Assembly (NCBI GenBank): GCA_965249135.1
Contig: OZ252220.1
Span: 1,024,001 to 1,088,000 of the forward strand
Source: Alphaproteobacteria bacterium
GTDB taxonomy: Bacteria > Pseudomonadota > Alphaproteobacteria > GCA-2746255
Direction: 5' to 3'
DNA: 64,000 bases
Part shown: in pieces, positions 57,759 to 64,000 of the stretch
Layout: each line of letters opens with the position of its first letter
How positions within the stretch are numbered: position 1 is the stretch's first letter
Made by a program: the position numbers and the translations under genes
Notes under the pieces: model-generated
The model's input: the letters and a program-made list of their open reading frames with translations, nothing else
What the model was told of the DNA's origin: nothing
The model's database searches: none

Positions 57759-59460
57759 TCAGGTCTGGGGGGAGGTGGAGCCGTTTCCGCCAGCCGGCTT
57801 CGGCGGCGGTGTCTCGTCGAACTCGACGGCCGTTTCTTCGAGCTTGGCGGCATCGAGCATGTTCTTGGCGGCCTTTATGTCGAACTCGCTCATGATCTTG
57901 GCCTGTTGCAGTTTGAAGTCGCCCTGCATCTTCGCCATCCCGCGCTGATGGACGAGCCTCATCTCGTCGCGTTTCCGCTTGTCCTTCATCTGCTCGACGA
58001 CGATTTTCGGGTCCGGCGCTTCCTGTTTCGGCTTCTGAGGCGGGGCCTTGCTCGGATCCTTGACGAACTTGTCCGGATGGCGGAAGCCGATCGCCCCGAC
58101 CATTTCCTTGACGGTCTCGTAGATTTCCTGCAGCCCGACCAGCGGACCGCCGGTGCCTTCCTGCATGAGGACGATCTTCTCCATCAGGCCCAGCATCAGC
58201 TGCAGGCCGGCCATGATTTCCGACTTGTCGCCATAGCCCAGGCCCACCGAAACCCGGGCATCCATGGAGGCGTTCCAGGCCCGGGGGTCAACCTCGGTCC
58301 ATTCGCCGCGCAACCGCACCGTGCGCGGGCGGTCCTGGTGGGAGACCATGATCTTCAGCATCTTCAGGAAGACGTCGCGGACGCCGGTCTCGGCCATGAT
58401 GCGCGCGATCAGCGCCAGCTTCTTGGCGCCCTGGCTGATCATGATCGACATGCCGCGCGCCGTCTTGGCGCCTTCGTTCAGGGAATCCGGGTCCAACCCC
58501 TGCTGGTAGCGCGACACGCCGGTGCGGCGTTCCCCGATCTCATCCAAGGCCTCGAGGATCGGCGCCACATAGCCGACCAGGGGCTGGGTGGTAAGCGGCT
58601 GGATGGCATCCGACGCCGGCCCTTCGCCATCGAAGCGGACCCCCTGGCCCACCCGGTTTGTCATGTAATCCTGGAGGTTCACGCCCTTCTTCAGGACGTG
58701 GCGGGCGTTGTTCACGTTGTACATGTTGTCGAGCCACTGGCGGAAGACCGTCGACTTGATCTCCTGCAGATCCATGGTGAGGTCCGCGATCGAGAGCCCG
58801 AAATAGCGGTGCGGGATCGGGATCGGGGTGACGCCGCAGAACGGGATGTCCTCGACTTCCTCGTTCGTGAGAATTCTGTAACTCGAAGAGCCGCCGACCA
58901 GGATCTTGCGAAGCTCGGTGATGCCGTCGCCGTCGAAATCGACCTGCATGTAGCATTCGTAGACCCAGATCTCGCGCATTGCTGCATCCATGGCCGTGGT
59001 GCCGATCGGCCACTGGTCTTCGGTGTTGAAGCGGGAGAGTTTTTCCTGGTTGTATTGCTGTTCGTCCGAGGACGGCAGGCTATCGATGACATCCTGGGAG
59101 ATGCCCATCTCGAGGAGGCCGGACGCCGTATATTCGACGCGCTGGGCGCAGAAGGGCGGGATCTCGACGGAAAGCGACTTCGCCCGCCTCGAGATCAGGA
59201 ACTCTTCCGGCGGGACGCTCTCGACCGCGACCCGCCCGCCAGGCCGCGTGATCTTGAATTTGAGGTCGTGTTCGAGCGGGATGCCGAGGGCGTGCAGCAG
59301 CTCCTCCGCCTGCTCCCATTTCGAGACCTCGCCGGTCTTGCTGACGCCGTAGAGCTTCTTCAACTCTTCGCCTTCCGGCAGCAGCCGCAGCTTCGCCATC
59401 AGCTCTTCGGAGATGCGCGCCGTGTGTTCAAGCACCTCCGAATCGTACTCGGCCAGGATC
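57759..59460 (-). pseudogene. Portal protein, 5'-truncated
   Basis: VPPEEFLIS, VDFDGDGITELRK, PIPHRYFGLS, RTGVSRYQQGLD; no native start, frame abuts DUF427 fragment. Confidence 0.88.
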
Positions 59461-59616
59461 GGGGGTAAGGACTATCCGGACATCGCCTGGGTCTACGCGG
59501 CGCCGGCCTTCGAATTCCCGGAGATCGCGGGGCGGCTTGCCTTCTTCAACGAGCGCGTCGATGGCATCTTCGTCGATGGGATGCGGATGGCAAAGCCGAA
59601 GACGCCGAGGACGTAA
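59458..59616 (+). pseudogene. DUF427-like protein C-terminal fragment
   Basis: DIAWVY..P..E...IAGRLAFFNERVD.IFVDG. Confidence 0.7.
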
Positions 59617-59633
59617 GGAGGCTTGAACGCCCT

Positions 59634-60635
59634 TTACGGCGATTGCAGATAGTGCAGGCTGAACAGCGCGCGCGCATCCTGCCAGCAGGCGCGCGCCCGC
59701 CAGCCGGCGGCTTCGGCCAAGGCCCGGAACGCGTCGGGGGCATATTTGTAGGAGCTTTCCGTGTGGATCGTCTCGCCTTTCGCGAACGCGAAGGCCACGC
59801 CTTCGACGTGGGCGGTCTGGGCACGCAGGCTCTTCAAATGCATCTCGATCCGGCCATCCTTTGCGTTGTAGGGCGCTTCGTGGACGAAGCCGTCCACATC
59901 GAAATCGCCCCTAAGCTCGCGATTGATGCGGACCAGCAGGTTTTGATTGAAGGCCGCCGTCACCCCTTTCGCGTCGTTGTAGGCGGCGGTCAGGATGCGC
60001 GCGTCCTTCTTAAGATCGACGCCGATCAGAAAGCCGCTGCCCTCACCCATCGCCTGCTTCAGGCCCCGAAGCAAGACTCGCGCATCGGCCGGTGCAAAAT
60101 TGCCGATGTTCGAGCCCGGAAAGAAACCGAGGCATTTGCGTCGAGGACGATGCCTGGGGCTTTCGAAGATGGTGCGCGGGAATTCGAGGGTTTGCGTGTA
60201 GTCCGCATGGATCGGGATGACGGAAAGTCCGTCGTAATCCGCAGACAGGCTTTGTGCCTCTTGGATCAGATGGTCCCTGGAAATATCGACCGGCACATAG
60301 GCCGCCGGGCGCGCGAGGGAGTCCAGCAGAATACGGATCTTGCGGGAAGAGCCGCTTCCAAACTCGATGACGTTCACATTCGGGCCTATGAACGCGGCAA
60401 TCTCTTTTGCATGTTGCCGAAGCAGCGCAAGCTCGGTGCGGGTCGGGTAGTATTCGTCGAGCTCGCAGATTTCCTCGAACAGCCTCGAGCCCCGGGCATC
60501 GTAAAGGTACTTGCAGGAAATCCATTTCGGGTTTTCGGCAAGCCCATGGAGGACGGCGGAGCGAAAATCGTCCTCGACGCAAATGCCTTCGTTGAAGCCT
60601 TCGCTTAAAACCAGATTGCTGCGCGGCGGCGTCAT
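59634..60635 (-). CDS. egtD: L-histidine N-alpha-methyltransferase
   Basis: KYLYDARGSRLFEEIC..EYYPTRTE, EFGSGSS.K, GSNIGNF, AAYND, IHTE.SYKY. Confidence 0.95.
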   Translation of the reverse strand: MTPPRSNLVLSEGFNEGICVEDDFRSAVLHGLAENPKWISCKYLYDARGSRLFEEICELDEYYPTRTELALLRQHAKEIAAFIGPNVNVIEFGSGSSRKIRILLDSLARPAAYVPVDISRDHLIQEAQSLSADYDGLSVIPIHADYTQTLEFPRTIFESPRHRPRRKCLGFFPGSNIGNFAPADARVLLRGLKQAMGEGSGFLIGVDLKKDARILTAAYNDAKGVTAAFNQNLLVRINRELRGDFDVDGFVHEAPYNAKDGRIEMHLKSLRAQTAHVEGVAFAFAKGETIHTESSYKYAPDAFRALAEAAGWRARACWQDARALFSLHYLQSP

Positions 60636-61894
60636 TCGGCATCCTCCGCCAGCCGCAGGCCGCTGAACTGCCAACGCTGATGCGGATAGAAGAAGTTGCG
60701 GTAGCTGGCCCGCACATGCCCGTCGGGAGTCACGCAGGAGCCGCCCCGAAGCACCAGCTGGTTGCACATGAATTTGCCGTTGTATTCGCCCACCGCACCG
60801 ATCTGCAGCCGGTAGCCCGGATAGGCCCCATAGGCGCTTTGCGTCCATTCCCAGACGTCCCCGAAGAGTTGTCCGAGGCCGTCCGTCGCCATCGGGGCTG
60901 CGGGGCGGAAAAGACCGGAGCCAAGCGTGTTGCCGATGGGCGTCGTGCTGGTCGCGGCAGCCTCCCACTCGCTCTCCGTCGGCAGGCGCTTGCCCGCCCA
61001 GCGGGCGTAGGCGTCGGCCTCGTAGAAGCCGACATGGACGACCGGGCTCGTATCCTCGAGGGGCTGTGGGCCGGCCAGCGTCATCGACCACCACTCACCG
61101 TCCCGCGCCTCCCAATAAAGGGGGGCCTTGATCCCTTCCGAGCGGACCCATGCCCAGCCGTCCGAAAGCCAAAGCTCAGGTCGTTCATAGCCGCCGTCGG
61201 CGAGGAAGGCCTTCCATTCGCCGTTGGTGACGACGCACGAGGCGAGCCGATAGGGCCGCAGCAGGACTTCGTGACGGGGCCTTTCATTGTCGTACGCAAA
61301 GCCCTCTCCGCCGGCGCCGATCGGCATCACGCCACCGGGAAACGCGGCCCAGGAAAGTGCTTCCGCTTTTTGCACCGGTGCCGCCTGGTAGGGCGCGTAG
61401 GCCGGGCGAAGGGGGTTTTGAGAAAAAAGATGGAGGATGTCGGTAAGGATGAGTTCTTGATGCTGCTCTTCATGATTAAGACCGAGCTCGACCAGGGAAG
61501 CGCAAGCCTCCTCCCGCCGCGGGCCTTCCAGGAGATCCTCCATCGCTTGGTCGACATGGGCGCGGTAGGCAAGGACGTCGCCCAAATCGGGCCGGGTGAG
61601 CAGGCCCCGTGCGGGACGCGGGTGGCGTGCGCCTTCGGCCTCGTAATAGGAATTGAAGAGGTAGCCGTACTGCGGATGAAAGGCTTCGTAGCCTTCGAGA
61701 GAGGCGCGAAGCAGGAAAGTTTCGAAGAACCACGTCGTATGGGCGAGGTGCCATTTTGTGGGAGAAGCGTCCGGCATCGACTGGACGGTCTGGTCTTCCG
61801 ACGTCAAGCGCGCGGCGAGGGCAAGGCTTCGCGCACGCACGTTTCGATAACGCGTGTTCAAGTCCTCGCGTTGCAGGGCCGGCACTACCTTCAT
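60632..61894 (-). CDS. egtB: Ergothioneine biosynthesis sulfoxide synthase
   Basis: QSMPDASPTKWHLAHTTWFFE, HEEQHQEL, FGE-sulfatase domain, YRNFF. Confidence 0.95.
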   Translation of the reverse strand: MKVVPALQREDLNTRYRNVRARSLALAARLTSEDQTVQSMPDASPTKWHLAHTTWFFETFLLRASLEGYEAFHPQYGYLFNSYYEAEGARHPRPARGLLTRPDLGDVLAYRAHVDQAMEDLLEGPRREEACASLVELGLNHEEQHQELILTDILHLFSQNPLRPAYAPYQAAPVQKAEALSWAAFPGGVMPIGAGGEGFAYDNERPRHEVLLRPYRLASCVVTNGEWKAFLADGGYERPELWLSDGWAWVRSEGIKAPLYWEARDGEWWSMTLAGPQPLEDTSPVVHVGFYEADAYARWAGKRLPTESEWEAAATSTTPIGNTLGSGLFRPAAPMATDGLGQLFGDVWEWTQSAYGAYPGYRLQIGAVGEYNGKFMCNQLVLRGGSCVTPDGHVRASYRNFFYPHQRWQFSGLRLAEDAE

Positions 61895-61917
61895 GGGGTT
61901 TTCACTCCATCCATGGG

Positions 61918-62544
61918 CTAAGGCATCGGTGGCACGGTTGCGGCGAAGGAGGAGCGTTGTTCCATGGCCGTGTACCAGCGCGAAACGGATGCCGAGTCGC
62001 TTACCAGCGGCTCCCCCTCGGGCGTCTTCCGAACCCAGAAAAGGATCGGCGCGAGGTAGAGATCGGCAAGGGTCAGGCTAGGCCCCGCAAGGTAGGCGTT
62101 CTCGGCAAAGGTTGCTTCGGTAACTTCGAGGAGGCCTTTTATCTTCGGCACGGCCTTGGCGATCACGCCTTCGTCCGCCTCGCCCCCACGGGAGGGCACG
62201 ACGAGCCTCGGAAAGACGAGCTCGCGGATCAGCGTCTGATAGAAGTAATCTTCGATGGCGCTCACCCACTGATCCATGCGCGCCGTCTCTTGCGTGTCTT
62301 CAGGCTGGAGCGGCGGGCCTTCGAAGGTCCGGTCCACGTAGCGCGCGATGGCGAGCGACTCGTACAAGCCGAAACCGTCGTGCTGAAAGGCGGGGATTCG
62401 TAAGAAGGGATGACGAGCGCGATGGGTCGGCGCGCCCCATTCGACGGGCTCCACGGTATAAGGAACGCCCTTTTCCTCGCACGTCATGCGGACCGTCCGC
62501 ACGAAGGTACTTTGCGGGAATCCAAAGATCGTGACTTTGGTCAC
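61918..62544 (-). CDS. Glutathione S-transferase family protein
   Basis: STFVRTVR, HPFLRIP, LYESLAIARY, LTLADL; GTG start after GGAGG-like RBS. Confidence 0.9.
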   Translation of the reverse strand: MTKVTIFGFPQSTFVRTVRMTCEEKGVPYTVEPVEWGAPTHRARHPFLRIPAFQHDGFGLYESLAIARYVDRTFEGPPLQPEDTQETARMDQWVSAIEDYFYQTLIRELVFPRLVVPSRGGEADEGVIAKAVPKIKGLLEVTEATFAENAYLAGPSLTLADLYLAPILFWVRKTPEGEPLVSDSASVSRWYTAMEQRSSFAATVPPMP

Positions 62545-62644
62545 GGATTCCTCCCCTTCTTTATTCCTTCGCGGAGCGACTCTAGCAGAGCGCCCATGAA
62601 AAAAAGAGGCCAAAGCCCCCTTTTTCTCAGAACCAATATGCCGA

Positions 62645-63241
62645 TCAGAAGTCGAGGAGCCCCTTTTCCTTGAGCCCGCTGTCACGCTCGAGCTTCAAAG
62701 CCGCGTCTATTTGTTCCTCCGTCATCTTCTGCTGGATGATTCCGCGCAGGCGCTTGCCTTCCTTGCTGCCGGCGACGACCGCCTTCGTATACCAGTAATG
62801 CGCCTGGATGAAGTCCTGCTCGACACCCATGCCGGCGACGAAGAGGAAACCAATGTTGTTGTAGGCGGCACGATGCCCCTGGTCGGCCGCCTTGCGGTAC
62901 CACGTCATCGCCGTATCGGCATTCCGGTCGACGCCATGACCACGCTGATAAAGGAACCCGAGATTCCGCTGGGCGACGGGATCGCCCGCTTCGGCTGCCA
63001 GTCGATACGCCTCGGCCGCCTCCACGAGTTTGCCACCATAATAGGCATCGTAGCCGGCCTTCAGGTGGTCGACCTTGCCGTCTTTCGTGACGGCTGCTTC
63101 CGGTTCGATGATCTCGGCAAGGGCGGTTTCCTGCGCCTCCTTCTTGCCGAGTTCGCGAACCACCCAAACCGTGCCGAGAAGGGCAACGAGGACCACAAGG
63201 GTGACTGCAGTGGTGATGAGCTTCTGCATCGGTCTCTCCAT
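62645..63241 (-). CDS. Sel1-like repeat protein with N-terminal TM anchor
   Basis: AQRNLGFLY..G.GV, WYRKAADQG. Confidence 0.88.
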   Translation of the reverse strand: MERPMQKLITTAVTLVVLVALLGTVWVVRELGKKEAQETALAEIIEPEAAVTKDGKVDHLKAGYDAYYGGKLVEAAEAYRLAAEAGDPVAQRNLGFLYQRGHGVDRNADTAMTWYRKAADQGHRAAYNNIGFLFVAGMGVEQDFIQAHYWYTKAVVAGSKEGKRLRGIIQQKMTEEQIDAALKLERDSGLKEKGLLDF

Positions 63242-63469
63242 ATTCCTTTGCGGCGCGCCGTTAGCCTTCCTTGGATGCCGTTCACCCGTGGTCGGTTACG
63301 TCTGGTCGGTTACGGCGGCGCCGCGAGGTTGGCCCCCTTACGTTTTTCAGCCTTCCTGACCGAATGGAAAGCGCGCCTTAGGCGAAGCTTCCTTGCGGTC
63401 CAACTTCCAGCCTCTCTGAATATAGTATGCTTTTGATTAACTTGCTAATCATTTGATATTATTGACATA

Positions 63470-64000
63470 TCAACCAGTTCCGACGGCGGTTTCCTCGAAA
63501 CGCACGAGCTCGCCGCCGGCGGAGCCCAGGATCTCGTCCTCGCGCATGACGGGGGTGCCGCGCAGGACCGTCATCTTCGGCCAGCCGGTCACCTCCATGC
63601 CATCGAACGGCGTCCAGCCGACCCGGCTTGCGATCCAGTCGTTCGTGATCCGCCGTTTGGCCGAAAGATCGACGACCGTAAAGTCCGCATCGAAGCCCAC
63701 CTCGATGGCGCCCTTGCCAAGGATGCGGTAGATCGCCGCGGCGCGGCTGCTGGTCAGCTCAACGAGGCGTTCCAGCGACAGCCTTCCTTGATGCAGGTGA
63801 TCGAGGAGGATCGGCACGAGCGTTTGCACGCCCGGCATGCCGGCCGGGCTTTGCGGGTAAGGCTTCGCCTTTTCCTCAAGGGTGTGGGGCGCATGGTCGG
63901 AGCCGACGACATCGACGATGCCGTCGGCGACCGCTTTCCACAGCGCTTGGCGATGAACGGTCTCGCGGATCGGCGGGTTCATCTGGGCCAGCGTGCCCAA
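63470..64000 (-). CDS. pyrC: Dihydroorotase (3' part; runs off window edge)
   Basis: QMNPPIR, GSDHAPHT, GMPGVQT, GWTPFDG. Confidence 0.9.
   Translation of the reverse strand: MGTLAQMNPPIRETVHRQALWKAVADGIVDVVGSDHAPHTLEEKAKPYPQSPAGMPGVQTLVPILLDHLHQGRLSLERLVELTSSRAAAIYRILGKGAIEVGFDADFTVVDLSAKRRITNDWIASRVGWTPFDGMEVTGWPKMTVLRGTPVMREDEILGSAGGELVRFEETAVGTG

Larger units (their letters stand above)
38187..59460 (-). mobile_element. Prophage 2 remnant (lysis and podovirus-like virion genes only)
   Basis: Portal-scaffold-capsid-adaptor-nozzle-ejection-fibre-lysis order; no terminase or replication genes. Confidence 0.88.

Noticed and set aside
38187-59460. Gene transfer agent or tailocin
   Set aside because: No terminase, truncated portal, frameshifted ejection gene and no contractile tail; a decayed prophage is the simpler reading
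59634-61894. egtBD as phage auxiliary genes
   Set aside because: They lie beyond the deletion junction among housekeeping genes

Overview
GC-rich, probably alphaproteobacterial chromosomal window dominated by two adjacent temperate-phage remnants. Prophage 1 (<1 to ~34.0 kb) has podovirus-like head, portal and terminase genes on the minus strand, an IS1595-family transposon carrying a DNA methyltransferase/Mrr-like passenger, a replication/regulatory block (DUF1376 initiator, beta-clamp homolog, MT-A70, CII/Cro/CI with four 19-bp operators), an early operon and a tyrosine integrase with an apparent catalytic Arg-to-Cys change. The most striking feature is at the start of that early operon: four tandem, translationally coupled, mosaic pentapeptide-repeat genes (25, 38, 36 and 33 repeats) joined by 32-33 aa linker ORFs, with repeat variation concentrated at codon positions 1 and 2. 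A scrambled junction (34-38 kb) holds tRNA-derived att fragments, IS1595 miniatures and orphan passenger genes. Prophage 2 (~38-59.46 kb) is a structural/lysis-only remnant with a RosmerTA-like moron and a portal gene truncated against a host DUF427 fragment. Host genes follow: egtD, egtB, GST, a Sel1 protein and dihydroorotase. All family calls are by eye from motifs; no searches were run.
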